DNA of 64,000 bases from Octopus vulgaris (taxonomy: Eukaryota), in the NCBI GenBank assembly GCA_951406725.2, contig OX597816.1, positions 132,928,001 to 132,992,000 on the forward strand, written 5' to 3'. The notes beneath the pieces were generated by a model that made no database searches, had not been told where the DNA came from, and saw only the letters and a list, made by a program, of their open reading frames with translations. Both the position numbers and the translations under genes were made by a program. Shown here piece after piece: positions 28,342 through 41,778 of this stretch (position 1 is the stretch's first letter; each line of letters begins with the position of its first letter).

Positions 28342-28537
28342 TAATAATAAGCTCATGTGCTGTTTCTCTTTATAAGAGATCGATCACTATGCTGCACACA
28401 TATGGTTGTGAGGCATGTGTCTGGTGTGCCTTTATCAAACGGGTAGTTATGATGGATATACTGGGTACATCTTATCCCCGTGTCACTTTGATGGCATGCA
28501 GTGCTCTCTCACATAATAATAATAATGATGATGATGG

Positions 28538-28568
<31 letters not shown>

Positions 28569-28576
28569 ATATACAC

Positions 28577-28632
<56 letters not shown>

Positions 28633-29527
28633 ATACAAAGAATGGAAAATAAGTCAAAGAGAAAACTTCAAAGTAGTAGAAGATAGCAAAAGTGATTAAT
28701 AGTTAGTGAAGGGATAAAGAAGATGTAAAAGACTGAACAATATGAAGAGGAGTGGAAGGAGAAGAAAATGTTGATAATGGCTGTCAAATTCTTTTTTCTT
28801 TCTCTTTATTGCTACTAAAAGTATTTAACTGAAACATCTTGGCCAGCTTCTGACATTGAAAGGGATGTTTGAGAGAAGATAGCAAAATTAACTAAAATAT
28901 TGATTTCTTACAAAGGTACAAAGCTATAAATTTGAAGGAAGGAAACTGCCAAATTTTTCATCCTTGATAGTTAACTGGTATTTTAATTATAACAAGCCTA
29001 TTGTATGCAGTGCTAAGGTACGCTGCAGCATATTAGAAAAGGGTAAAAAAGGGGATGAAAATCAACAATAAATCATATAAAGACAGCAGTGAAAACCAAA
29101 GAATCTCTGCACAGTGCACAGAATATAAGATACAGATAGATACAGATGTGAACAGTAAAAGAGTCATAAAGAGGAAAGAGTGCATAGGTGAATTAAGAGT
29201 CGTGCTGGTGAATTTCAGAAAGCATAGAAGTTTTTGAGGAGTATTGTGTCCTGACAACTTGATCTGAGAAAGATAAAAGGTAAAAGCTGATCTCAGTGAG
29301 ATTTGGATTCACAATATAAGGTGCTGAAATAAATACCAAGACAAGGGGCGCATTGAACCAACAGACCTAAATAATATTTGCAATAACAATAATATTTGCA
29401 ATAACAATCCAGTTATCTTCAGTTATAAATGATAGGCTTAATGAATTTATTATCGATATTGTAAGGTGATGGATAAGGTTTATGTAGAGGATTATCAATG
29501 TGTGGCGATGTGAGAGTTCAAAATATA

Positions 29528-30357
29528 TGAGGTGTGTTCAGAAAGTATTTGCCATCACTTTTTCCCCTTGCTAAAACTAATGCTGCATACATGAAAATTT
29601 TTGCACTGGTAGACAGCATCAGTTTCCAGCTGTTATGTCTAGAGTACAGATGTGTAGTGTGCTCTCATCTGATTTTAGTTTTCAATGAGATATTTTTCAA
29701 TGAGATAGTTTTCATTGAGCAAAGATATAGCATCAAGTTTTGCCAAAAGCTTGGTGATACTGAAGCTCAAACCATCCAGAAGATTCAGCAGGCTTTTGGT
29801 GATGATGCCATGGATAAAACTCAGATTGAGGAGGTGTATAACTGATTTAGACATAGCTGCACTTCAGTGGAGAGCAAGGCATGTTCAGACAGGCCATCCA
29901 CAAGGTGAAACAAAGAACTGATTGAGAAAGTTTGGTGAATAATAATGGAAAATCATTGCGTAACAATCAAGGAAATTTCTCATTAAGTGGCAGAGAGTGT
30001 CAGTGAAATTCATTCCCAAGGCAATGGTGGAGCAGCAGAAGCAATTCTCCATGGAAATCACTCAGGATATGTTGGACTGTGCAAGCCATGACCCAGATTT
30101 CATAAAGACCATCATCACTGGTGATGAATCATGGGTTTATGGTCTCTGCTTGATGTGTTTGAGCATCTTGCAGGGAAAGGAAAATTCAATGAGTGTGCAC
30201 TATGCATCTCAACATTAGGTGTAACAGAAGGGAACTGATATGGCCTACTAGCATGAAAAGAAAGGATGGCATCACCACCCCTGCCAAAGGATTTTGCCCA
30301 TGCAGCATTAATTTTGGTGGGAAAAGATAAAGTTGGATAATTTTTGAATGTACCTTG
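29528..30357 (+). mobile_element. Internally deleted mariner element
   Basis: ta-tgaggtgtgttcagaaagtat ... ataatttttgaatgtaccttg-ta ends; EQRYSIKFCQKLG (HTH) and IITGDESWVYG motifs. Confidence 0.85.
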
Positions 30358-33036
30358 TACATTCTTGTCTTACAGAGAACCAGATACAGGAGTCATTCTA
30401 TGTTACTGAGCAAGACTCCTAACTCTATTTCTTTTCAGCTTATCCCACTATGAATTATGAACAAGTTTAATTGAATTATATACAGAGATTTGAGTTTCTT
30501 ATCAGTTGAACTTTACAGAAATTGAAGATAAAAGTCAACTCTAATATTTGAATTCTACAAAACAGTTCAATTTAAAAAGTGTCTCATCCAGCTCAAAGGA
30601 ATCAGTGTAAATGCTCTGACATTAGAATTAGAAAATTATTACCTAAGATTCACATATTTGAACTAAGACCATTCAGATCTGGTAGTTCCAGATGCTAGAA
30701 AATAGACAACTTCATAGGTTGAGAATCCTATGAGTATGCAAAATATAATAATGTATTGGAGGAGTTTTGTAGTTTGCTTGAAGCATTATAGTACAGATAT
30801 AGAATAGTAAATGAAATGAGAAAATCCTCTAACAATGCAGAGATGAAAGTTGAAAAACCTTTATATATTTTGGGTGCAGAGACCCATCTTCAGAAGGGTA
30901 CAGACAAAGAAATTTGTCTATGAAGATCTTGCCATTTGGATAGCCAGATGAGCAGTGACCCTGTTTTTGACCAGTGATTGTGCTAGTAGTAGCAGCTCCT
31001 CAAATGATGTTGTTGGTGCTGTAGAGGTCACACTGGAGGCAGTGAGGGAAGGCTAGCTGAAGGTCGGTAGCAGTAGTGGTGAATGCTGTGGTAGTAATTA
31101 GTGGTCATAGTAATGGTAAATGTTGTGGCAGTAGCAAGTAATGGATTTATACATTGGCATTGATGGCAGTGGTGGTAAATGTCACGGATGTAGTTGGTAA
31201 TGACATTTGTGGCATAAGTCCTTGTAATAGTCATTGACATGGTGGTGGCTGCCTACAGCAACATTTATCATTATAGTAGACAACAACAGTGGTGGTGGCT
31301 CACCATGGTGATGATGAGCATGGTACTTATAGACAACATTATCAATCACCAGCATACTAATGAGTATCATGGTTGCTGCAATGTTTGAAGGAATATTGGA
31401 AATCTCTGTATCAAGAAATCCTTACTGATCCACCAACTTAATCCAAAGATCAATAGTAGATTGGTGATGGGTTGATGGCCCCTGTAGACAACCAACAACC
31501 ACCTACATTGCGGTGACCACTACCAGCATCTTCATTGCACTGACAGTGATTGATAATGTAGCCTTACCAGCACCATGTTTGCTATCACCACAGCTAGCTA
31601 CCACCACTGCTGTTGCCTACTGTGATGAGGTTTGTTGCTATTGGTAGCCATCATCTTCTTAACAACTACTACAAAAACATATACCACCAACACCATCACC
31701 ATCACCATCATCAACTGCTCTCACATTTCCCATCATTGCTAGCAACAGTGGTGTAGACAATGCCATCACAAACTACCACCATGGCACTGACTACTCCCAC
31801 AGCTGCCAATCTACAGCCAGTTTTCTACCACTGTCATGTATTATAATAATGTATTGTTCAGATAATTCTGCAGACAATGTGTTTCATAAACATATGACAA
31901 TATGTTTTATAACTTTATAAACAATTTCAGAAACAAACTAAAGAAAACTACAGTAATTTATTTCTTTGTTTGTTTGAGGTGGGTGAGTAGTCAACACCTT
32001 CTTAAACTCTAATGAACTGTGGTGATGGTGATAGTAGAGGTTTAGAAATAACTAGGCAAGGCTAATATGATTGGCATTAGTTTGAATTATTGTTAGTTAT
32101 TGTAAGAAAAATGCAGACAAGAAAAATATTTTGATGAAATACAGCCTGAGAAGAAAAGTTTGGACAAAGTATAGTGTTTGGTAAGGAGAGTCACTGGGAA
32201 AGTGATAGGGAAAGAAGGAAAAGCTTCTGAGTTTGTGAGCACTGTGTGGTGTCCATTAGTTCAGAAGAGTAGTGATCATCAGTAATCTCCTATGATTTTT
32301 ATAAATCCTGACATAGGTGACAAGATGATTTATCTTCAAAACCAAACTGTGATGCATCTCTGATTAACTTAAAATCTTGAAATTTGGCTTGTAGCAAAAA
32401 CTAGCCAATCATTTAATCATTAGTGTGTTATGTTATTTAGCTATTCTAATCTAATCTGTTCAGAATTAACTTTAAATTAAAATGATAAGTGATTTAGCAG
32501 TTCCACATGTTGGCAAAATAGATAGCTCCATATATTAAGAATCATATGATTTTCACAAACCAGTAAAATAATTTGCAAATAATTCTGCAGATAATATGTT
32601 TTCTACAACTCTTTAGATAATTTCAGAAACAAAATAAAGATGACTGCTATAGTTTATGAAATATATTGTACACTTAAAAGAAATCTCTTCCTATTGAAGA
32701 GATCATTATGGATTCAGTTCAGCTTGTGGTTAGCATTATGAGTGTTTACCAACATTATTGATGTTTAGTGTTTAAACAAATTCTCATTGTTAAATAAAAA
32801 AAATAATAATAAAGCAAAAGAATATCCTATAGCCTTTCTTTGAAACTGCCTCAGCGGCAATGGTTAAAACTTGTTATAAGCCACTTCAGCTACCAAAGAA
32901 TAATTCTCTCATGCAATCTTTTGGTTAATCACTTGCAGTCAGTAAAAAGATAGCTATGGGTGTTAATTCTTAACAACTCAATTCTCATTTCAATGTTTTG
33001 TACATTAGAATTCTCTATTGTTCAAATGCAAAACTA

Positions 33037-33090
<54 letters not shown>

Positions 33091-33119
33091 AATAAGCAGT
33101 TCAGGAAATTTTGCTTGGT

Positions 33120-33575
33120 TGTATGTATTAGCTGGAAGGAGTGTATTACCTAGGATATGTGTTTTAGCCTGGGCATGAGTATTAGCTAGGACATGTACAT
33201 TTGTTAAAATGTGTGTATTAGCTAGTTATGTAATACCTAGATGTATATTTGTTAAGAGGTATGTAATACTTACCAGGTGTGTTTTAGGTAGAACATGTGT
33301 ATTAGCTAGAAGCTAGAAAATATGTTAGCAAGATCTGGTATATTATTTAGAATATATGTATTAGCTAGAAGACATATGTATTAACTAGGATGGATATATT
33401 AGCTAGGAAATGTGTATTATATTGGAGATGTGTATTCGCTAGGTGTGTAACAACTAGAAAATTTGTATTACTTAGAAGGTGCATAACACATAGGACATGT
33501 ATATTAGCTCAGTAGTATATATTAGCTAGAAGTTAGAATATATGTTAGCTTGGATATGTATATCAGCTAGGTGTA
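33120..33575 (+). repeat. Degenerate about 21-bp minisatellite (atgtgtattagctagga)
   Basis: Roughly 20 recurrences of tattagctag variants at 20-22 bp spacing. Confidence 0.75.
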
Positions 33576-34900
33576 CTTTTAAAACTAAAACACATTGATC
33601 ATTTATACCTCTATTTATATTTTTGGGATTATATATTAACATTACATTCTATAACATGATTGGCATTAGGAAGGGTAACCAGCCATAGAAACCATAGCAA
33701 AGTAGACAGTAGAGCATGACACAGTCTTCTACCTTACAAGTTCATGTCAAACCATATAACCCATGCCAGTATGGAAAATAGATGTTAAATGGTGATGTGA
33801 TGATGATGGTTCACTTTTGATATAGAATGTTGAGAGAACACTAATACTTTAGAATATTCCAGTTTATATATTGACAGTGAAGTAATAGCAAACTGTCAAT
33901 ACATCCACAAGGAGAAGGATTTTCTAGCCGAAGTTTCAAACCTAGCATAGTTAAGCATTATAATGAAAGTGATAGAAAAACTAAATATAAAAAAAGAAAA
34001 AACAGAAATAAATAGAATGTGGAAACTGAAAAAGAGCCCTTGATAGATAAATAAACCCAGTAATAGTAGATGTACTAGGAACTACTAGCAAAGTTACAAA
34101 TAGATGAAAAGATTGCTTATTAGGATTATCGAAACCATATTTTGAACAAAAGAAGCACAGTTAGACATAACTCTGATGGTATTAGTAATTTTGTAAATAG
34201 TCTATGTGTTCCCATATATACTTGAGGCATAAGGAGATGAAGCTGGTGAAACAGTGTTTATAATATTGTGAAGTATCATAAAATTTATAACAATAATGAT
34301 GATGTTGTACTGGGTTTGCTTTATTTGGCTAAACTCTTCAAGCCAGTACCCCCAGCATGACCGCAGTGCAATGACTGCAACAAGTAAAAAATTTTTTAAA
34401 TCATTCTTATAGTTTCATTCCAAATTAATTCTGATTGAGCGTATTTATGAAGCAAGACATTCTAGCCATAACTAAACTGTCTTTATTTGTCCATTTGTAG
34501 TGTAACTAGGGTTACATTACACAAGGTGTCCTTTAATCTTAAAAAAGAAACTAAATGGTAAAATATAATTTGAAAGCAATTTGGCTGCTATATTTAGCAG
34601 GTCAAATGTTCATCACATAAGCCGTCATCATTTTAGTAGTTATTTAAATGGAAGTCCGCTCTACATGACAGCAGAAATTTCAATACGTGTTACAGTATAT
34701 GTTCCAAGCATTTTATTGCCCCACTTCTCTCACTGTTCTGTCACTTTTTTCAACCTCTCTTCATATATTACACACACACACACACACACACATATATAAA
34801 CAGACATGTGTATGTATATATATAGTTAGAAACAAAAGACGAAGTCGGGTGTGTTAATAACAAACAGATGTATTAGTTTAACACTCGGAAAGTGAGAAAG

Positions 34901-34938
34901 CCTTTTACGTTTCGAGCCTATGCTCTTCAACAGATTGG
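34901..34938 (-). ncRNA. Minimal hammerhead-like motif (CUGUUGA core) in a pLTR-like fragment (34830-34975)
   Basis: Reverse complement: ccaat CTGTTGA a GAGC atag GCTC GAAA CG TA aaagg; stem I partly decayed. Confidence 0.5.
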
Positions 34939-35321
34939 AACACAGAAATAAACAGAGAGAGAAAATAAAAAAAGGTTTAGTGGCTAGTGATCAATCATGG
35001 CAAATATATATGTGGGTGTGTGTGTGTGTGTGTGCGTGCATGTGTGTGTGTGTGTGTGCGTGTGTGTGTGCATGCGTGTGTGTGTGTGTCTATGTGCATG
35101 TCAATAAATACATCTAAATATTATATGGTTATCTATTTCTCCCTCTATCTTTCTACCTATAGGTCATTGTATATGTATATGTATATTCAAGTTAAGTAAG
35201 TAAATAAGTTAAATGGAAAGGAATTATTAGTAGGAAGAGAGAGGAAAGAGAGAGAGAGAGAGAAAGAGAGCAAGAGAGAAAAAGAGAGAGAGAGAAAAGA
35301 AAGATAGATAGATAGGTAGAC

Positions 35322-35395
<74 letters not shown>

Positions 35396-36514
35396 GGAGA
35401 GAGCAATGAATTAATTCAGTATTTACCAAAGATGATGCAACTGTCAGATTGAGGAAATATCAAACATGCTGGGTCCAATGATTGTTTGTCAGAAATGGTT
35501 TCCATCAAATAAAGCTGTTCAAAGTTAGCAATATTATCAGTGAAACATAGAGAAAAGGAGAAGAGATCAGAAAGTGGAGGAGGAAGAAAAGGATGAGGAA
35601 AGAGGAGAGAGGTGGAGAAGGAGAGAAAGAGAGATTGAGGCAATGAAAGACAAAGAGGGAAATAAAGAAAGCAGAAATCTAGGTAGAAACAGGAAAAATG
35701 TAAGGAATAATGAGAGAAAGAGGAGGAGGTTGAAAAGAAGAGAAAGTTATGGAGAGAAAGAAAGACAGATGAAAGCAAAGAAAAAAAGACACACACACAC
35801 ATATGTGTGTGTGTATATATATATATATATATTGATGTATATATATAAAAAAGACAAGTCGACCATTTAGACAACTAACACTTTGAAATGTTTCTTTTCA
35901 AATCCTCAATATTATGGTTTTGTGTATTAGGAAAGCTTATAGTTTGGCAGCAAATGCATTAAGAAAGAAAGATGACAGATGAACAAGATAACTTTCAAGG
36001 TAGAAACCATGTTGGAAAATTCTCTTGTTTGAACAAAGCAAAGAAATTACCTTCAGGTAATTATGATTACCTGCAGGTAATTTACCTCTCCACAACTACC
36101 ATCACTACCACCACCACAACGCCCACTACCACCACCCACAGCAACAACACCACTGCCACAACATAATCACTGTTGGTAGCATCATGCTCATCATAATCCT
36201 CACCAACATTATAATAACCATTGTTATATATATATATATATAGTGTTCTGTAAAATGGTGCTGTTTCTTCAGGGTCTTAACTTGATATCCCTTGGTATGG
36301 CTGTTTAATGATTTTCTTTTATAAACACTGTGTTGTATAATGTAGAGTTGTCCATTATTAAGTCAGGCACAAACAGTCTCTATTTCAAGTTATTATTGGA
36401 TAATCATTTTCAGGCCATCATTTCAAAACCTTGTCTAGATTAAAGGCTAATTACTCATTTATATTTGGCAAATGTAAATTTCCTCATGTGCAAACATCTC
36501 AATGCTTGCTCTTG

Positions 36515-37095
36515 TGGTAAGTAGCTTGCTTACCAACCACATGGTTCCGGGTTCAGTCCCACTGCAAGGCACCTTGGGCAAGTGTTTTCTACTATAACCT
36601 CGGGCCGACCAAAGCCTTGTGAGTGGATTTGGTAGACAGAAGCTGAAAGAAGCCCGTCATATATATATATATATATATTGGCCTGCTCGCTTAGCCAGCG
36701 GGGTGGCGTCATTCGAAGGCTAAAACAATGCGAACGCATTGTGACCAGCAATGTGTAACAACATCTGATGTTCTGGTCGGTCACGTGATCACATATATGT
36801 GTGTGTTTGTGTGTGTGTGTGTGTGTGTGTATATATGAGTGTGTATGTGTGAGTGTGTCTGTGTATATGTTTGTGTGTCTGTGTTTGTCCCTGCAACATC
36901 GCCTGACAACCAATGCTAGTGTATTTACGTCCCTGTAACTTAGCGGTTTGGCAAAAGAGACTGATAGAATAAGTACTAGGCTTACAAAGAATAAGTCCTG
37001 GGGTCGATTTGCTCGACTAAATGTGGTGCTCCAGCATGGCCACAGTCAAATGACTGAAACAAGTAAAAGAGTACAAGAGAGTAAAAGAGAGTACA
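36515..37095 (+). mobile_element. SINE family A with a 113-bp insertion (36680-36792) in its internal (TA)n tract
   Basis: Head gtggtaagtagcttgcttaccaaccacatggttccgggttcagtccc; tail gactgaaacaagtaaaagag. Confidence 0.8.
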
Positions 37096-37624
37096 AAAGT
37101 CACATCTATTGGTTCCAGGCCTGTATGGTTTTCTGTACAAATTAACTCCCATTTAATATATATGTGTGTGTGTGTGGGGGGGGTGGTGTATTTCGTCTTT
37201 GTCCCTTGTCTAGAATCACATTTATTTCATGTTTGTATGTTCACTTTCTGTATTGTATATTTGTTTATTTCTTGCTTATTTGTTCCCTTTCTGTCATGTT
37301 TGGTCCCTTATTTTTTGGCTCGCCATTTCCAGGAAGCTTCTTGCTGCTGGCACCACCTGAAAAGATCAATATTATCGTTTCGTTGAAGGAGCAAAGTTGT
37401 GTTTGATCCCCTGTTTGATAACTGATGATGATTTAGTGACCTTCTGTGTCTGTTTTCTGTTTGTTTGTGCATTTATTTTATGGGTTGTAACTTACATATA
37501 TATATATATATGATGATATATATATATATATATAGGAAGAATTCATGAAAAAAACAAAAGACGAAGACAGGTGGTGTAGAAAACAAACAGATGTATTAGT
37601 ATAACACTCAGGAATTAAATAAGT

Positions 37625-37660
37625 CTTTTACGTTTTGAGCCTGCACTCTTCCACAGAAAG
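37625..37660 (-). ncRNA. Minimal hammerhead-like motif (CUGUGGA core; GAAA mutated to AAAA, probably dead) in a pLTR-like fragment (37535-37672)
   Basis: Reverse complement: cttt CTGTGGA a GAGT gcag GCTC aAAA CG TA aaag; flanked by (TA)n on both sides. Confidence 0.45.
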
Positions 37661-37677
37661 CAACAAGGAGACATATA

Positions 37678-37785
<108 letters not shown>

Positions 37786-38898
37786 TATATGTATATGTAT
37801 ATGTATATTATATATATATATATATACGTACACACACACATACATACATCTATGTGTGTGTGTTAGTGTGTGTATGTATTTGTGTATGTCTGTATGTATA
37901 CTTTCTAGTTACCTAACTACTGGTCAATATGAACTGCTACAAAATGTTGTCTAGCATTTATGTCTTGTTAAATGTTATCCCTCTCCTCTCCTCTCTTCAT
38001 TAGATAAGTCCTAACTTGGCTCTTCCAATCCCCCACCACTCAGCTTAAATTCACATTAAAACTGTTACCACCAGTGTACTAGCACATGAATGCACATACG
38101 GACTACAAAACACATACCTACATACCTGTATGAAAAGCATTATGTGATGCAAGTGCCAAATATTATCTTACCTTATTATAATATAATGACAAGATCAGTT
38201 GAAGGAAACCATGGTGATCATGTAAAATTTATCCAGGGAATGTTGTCTTCGTTGATGTTTTGCAAAAGAATCAGCTATCTTCTACTCCCAAAAATACAGC
38301 CTGAATGATTAAAGAGAAAAAGAAATATGAAAAATATTTATTGATCTTTTTTAAAGAAAACAAAAAGCAAAACCAAGACAAAACAAAAAACCTCAGAAAA
38401 TTGCCAAGGAATAATAGAAACCTACATTATTTCCTTGTGTAATGAGTATGTACATATGCATGTGTGTACATATGCTAGTGTGTACATATGCTAGTGAGTA
38501 CACTAGCACACACACATGCACACACAGATACACACACACACAGGCACATATACACAGGCACCCATGCTCACATATGCACACACATTTATATATGTTTGTA
38601 TATGTTCATGTATGGCAATATATATATATATATTTGTATAAAGATGGATGTGTGAGTATATGCATGTGTGTGTGTGTGCATGCATGTGTGTGTGTATGTG
38701 TGTGTGTGTGTATGAAAATTCCTGAATCAAACATCAAAGAAAGCAGAATTCTAAGGAGGTCCCTACAGAAGTTAATAAAAGGGGAGAGCAAATATTGCTA
38801 TATTTTGGGATGGTCACTTTTTAAACTTTTTTTTGCCAAATAACCTGTGTTATTTGGCAAAAAAAGAAAAACAAAAGAAATGAACATCAGAAAATATA

Positions 38899-39385
38899 TG
38901 AGGGTGAGTCAAAAAGTAATGACATTTTGTTTAGGACAGGTATAATTACCAAGACAGGAACATGTATCATACATCAAAATGAAGCTGGTCCTCTGTGGAT
39001 CACATCCCTACTTCTCAACATAGTCACTGTTTTTCTCAATAGCAATGTTCCACCTTCGAATGGGAGCATGTATCCCTGCCCTGTAAAATTCTGTTGACTG
39101 TTCTTTGAGCCACTTCTTCATTACAATTTTCACTTCCTCATCACTGGAATAATATTTGCCTCTCAAACCCTCATTCATGGGGCCAAAGAGATAATAGTCC
39201 AGTGATGAGGATACATACTCTCATTAGAAGGTGGAACATTGCTATTGAGAGAAACGATGACTATGTTGAGAAGTAGGGATGTGATCCACAGAAGACCAGC
39301 TTCATTTTGATGTATGATACATGTTCCTGTCTTGGTAATTATACCTGTCCTAAACAAAATGTCATTACTTTTTGACTCACCCTCG
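38899..39385. mobile_element. mariner-derived foldback MITE with about 178-bp arms, both from the element 3' end
   Basis: TA flanks; arms nearly identical; minus strand reads DYYLFGPMNEGLRGKYYSSDEEVK...RRWNIAIEKNSDYVEK*, and the right arm repeats RRWNIAIERNDDYVEK* on plus. Confidence 0.92.
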
Positions 39386-40473
39386 TAGCAATATCTATTT
39401 CAATATATGACTTCACATCAGTAATCTTGCAAAAACACATAAATGTAAGAAGAGTAAAATTTTTTTAAAATTTTATCTTATAGATTTAATGCTATTTTAT
39501 AGATTTAGTGTTCATTTTTAATAATTCATAGATAATTCCTCTGATGAGTTATCCATGTAAGGTGTGGGACAGAGAGATAGAGTTGCAGAGATACAGTCTA
39601 GCAGACAGACAGACATTATACAGTCAGGCCACAAATTAATCAACAAATAGCCATTTCAGAAACCAACCCTCTTGCTGATTATGGAGGAGGATAGATCAAG
39701 TTAAGAAACTAAACAAAGAATCAGAGAATCAAAGAGATATTCAGATAAGTAGATATCCAAGCTGATCCATTGCACACCCAAACAAATACGAGCAGTCAGC
39801 CTGTGTCTTTCTGACAAATATTCAGACAGACATAGATAGTGATAGTCAGGTAGATATGACAGAAGGACCAGAAGATAGTGAGACTGCTTAAGTATTTAAA
39901 CAGCAAGATTTTCTTGTCTAATTAAACTGTCATTCAGTCAATTATCTAGATGCACCAAACCACCAACACCATCACAATAGAAACCATGCCAAAGTAGACA
40001 GTAGAGCACAATGCAGTCCTTGGATCCATCAAATTCTGTCCAGCATGGAACATATACATTAAGCAATGATGATGATGCTATTGATATATGGAGAGTGGTG
40101 CTTCTTTCAGTTTCCATCTACCACATTTACTTACAAGGTTTTATAATAAAAGATGAATGGAGAATTGCAGTTCAGTCCATGCTACATATGTTTCAATAGC
40201 TTGGTAATTTATTTGTAATTTGTACATTATATTTCTTTTTATTATATTAATGTAGAACATGAATACATATCTAATATTACTACTGAGATTTGAGTTGTGG
40301 GCACCAGATATCTTTAAATAATTGTTTTTAATCTGGTGATTGAATTATAAAACAGGAATGTTATTAATTGATCAATTAATAAAGTTATTAATGTCCCTAC
40401 AGCATAAACTGCTTGCTAATTATATGCTGGGAGCTACTGAGCTAATAATCACAATTTATGCGATCCAAACCAA

Positions 40474-40540
<67 letters not shown>

Positions 40541-41569
40541 ATTATATATATAAGCCCTGTCCAACCCATGCTAGCATAGGTTGGACAGGGTCTTATTAGA
40601 GGCAGAATTTTGCACCCAGTACCATTCTCGTTGCCAGCTCCTATTTACTTTTCAACTAAAGATTTCATTTTATTCCATTTGTCTTTGAAAACACAGAACT
40701 AGAGGAGATATTGTTTCTTGAAACTGTAATCATGACCTTTGCATGATACTGCCTGAATAAAACAGTAATGTTATCTTTACATCCCCACTCGCCCACAAGT
40801 TTCTGGGGCCCTTCAAAAGGTCATAGGCACCACCTTCTAGTCTGAGTAAAAAGTTAACCTTCTTTACACATACACACACACACACACCCATACATACACA
40901 TGCACAGAAGCATGCATAATGCAAACATGTATGCATGCACTCACACAGAGACACACACATGCACATGCACTCACACACACATGCACACACACACACACAA
41001 ACACACACATCGATTCACCAAATGCAGTCTGTTCATGTTACAGAGTAATCAGAATCTATAACAGCATTGGCTGGACTATGTCACACGTGATTACTTTTTG
41101 TTGTGATAGTCTCTTAAAAAATAAGTAATTGAACTGCTTCACCATCACTAGTTGGGCACATTACAGAGTCTCTATATTGTATATGGAGACTGGTAATCAA
41201 TATAAGCTTGGAGCAGTACAGTGATAACGAAGTTTTGAGGAGGTGACAGTGAAACTTGTCAAGATCTGAGCTCTCAGGAAATTCATGTAGCATGTGGTCA
41301 TTTGATCGGGAGACTGTGAAACTGATACTAGTATGTCTGGCAGTGCTTACTGATTTCTTTTATGTTGCTTTGGCTGGTTATTTCCAATATCTATATATCT
41401 TTTTTCTCTTTCATCTTTCCTTTTATTTCTCTTTATCTCTCTCCATTTGTTTTCTTTGCTTTTCACTATCTTTTCTCCTGCTTACTGTTTCTCCTTTCTT
41501 TCTACCTTTCTCTCTCTCACCGTCTTCTGTTGCTATTATTAGTCTGATAATTACTCTTTATTTATACAG

Positions 41570-41778
41570 TAATGGCCCAGCACTTCATAGCATAGCTTGC
41601 TCATCAATACAGCAGCCTTTGGAGACGTTGGTGCTGCAGTTAGTGAAGGGAAACAAAACACTAAACTAATGGTGGACAGCGATATTGTTATGATTACCAA
41701 AGGTTATGATGGAAAGAGAGGTCCTAAAATTAACAATGGGGAAATTGAATTTCTGGACAATAGATTGGTTTTATCAGG
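41570..41778 (+). CDS. Candidate host exon (possibly first coding: MVDSDIVMITKGYDGKRGPKINNGEIEFLDNRLVLS from 41669)
   Basis: Long polypyrimidine tract 41390-41560, tatacag| acceptor, cag|gtaatc donor, unique sequence; frame ambiguous and no recognised homology. Confidence 0.33.

Noticed and set aside
33120-33575. CRISPR-like array (also 22185-23110)
   Set aside because: Head-to-tail degenerate units without unique spacers, eukaryotic context and no cas genes.
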